From Penicillus capitatus (Eukaryota; Plantae; Chlorophyta): a stretch of DNA of 64,000 nt. This document shows, in pieces, positions 63,954 through 64,000 of the stretch. The translations under genes were made by a program, and so were the position numbers. Numbering within the stretch: the stretch's first letter is position 1; each line of letters starts with the position of its first letter. The stretch is from NCBI GenBank assembly GCA_965649825.1, contig OZ287694.1, forward strand, positions 557,197-621,196, read 5' to 3'. The notes under the pieces are model-generated. The model did no database searches, was not told the origin of the DNA, and worked only from the letters and a program-made list of their open reading frames with translations.

Positions 63954-64000
63954 AGTCGAATACGAGTTAACACGATCCATTGTGTCACATGACGAATACC
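63954..64000. repeat. Start of a further copy of the CCD-upstream spacer, running off the right edge
   Basis: agtcgaatacgagttaacacgatccattgtgtcacatgacgaatacc is identical to about 56806-56852 and 18708-18754. Confidence 0.9.

Overview
Eukaryotic nuclear DNA with many short (about 45-75 nt) spliceosomal introns. It is probably from a green alga; this is inferred from SnRK2-like kinases and carotenoid oxygenases with plastid transit-peptide-like N-termini. The window is a rearranged multigene cluster built from a few modules. (1) Three copies of a divergent carotenoid cleavage oxygenase gene. (2) Three copies of an ORF-less ~970-bp fold-back element beside rearrangement junctions; its inter-copy substitutions fit plus-strand base pairing, and it has an HDV-ribozyme-like sub-motif. 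(3) Two inverted paralogous loci encoding an MLKL/RPW8-like N-terminal helical bundle, a coiled coil and a U-box, followed directly by an SnRK2-derived predicted pseudokinase; these are probably single fused genes. (4) Five members (two intact, three truncated or decayed) of a family with signal peptide, beta-helix (POMP/pectin-lyase-like) repeats, a Cys-rich module and a multi-TM domain. (5) Five members of an unrecognised acidic, apparently secreted protein family. (6) A young ~610-bp repeat. No rRNA, tRNA or CRISPR array was recognised. All alignments, exon models and folds were done by eye.
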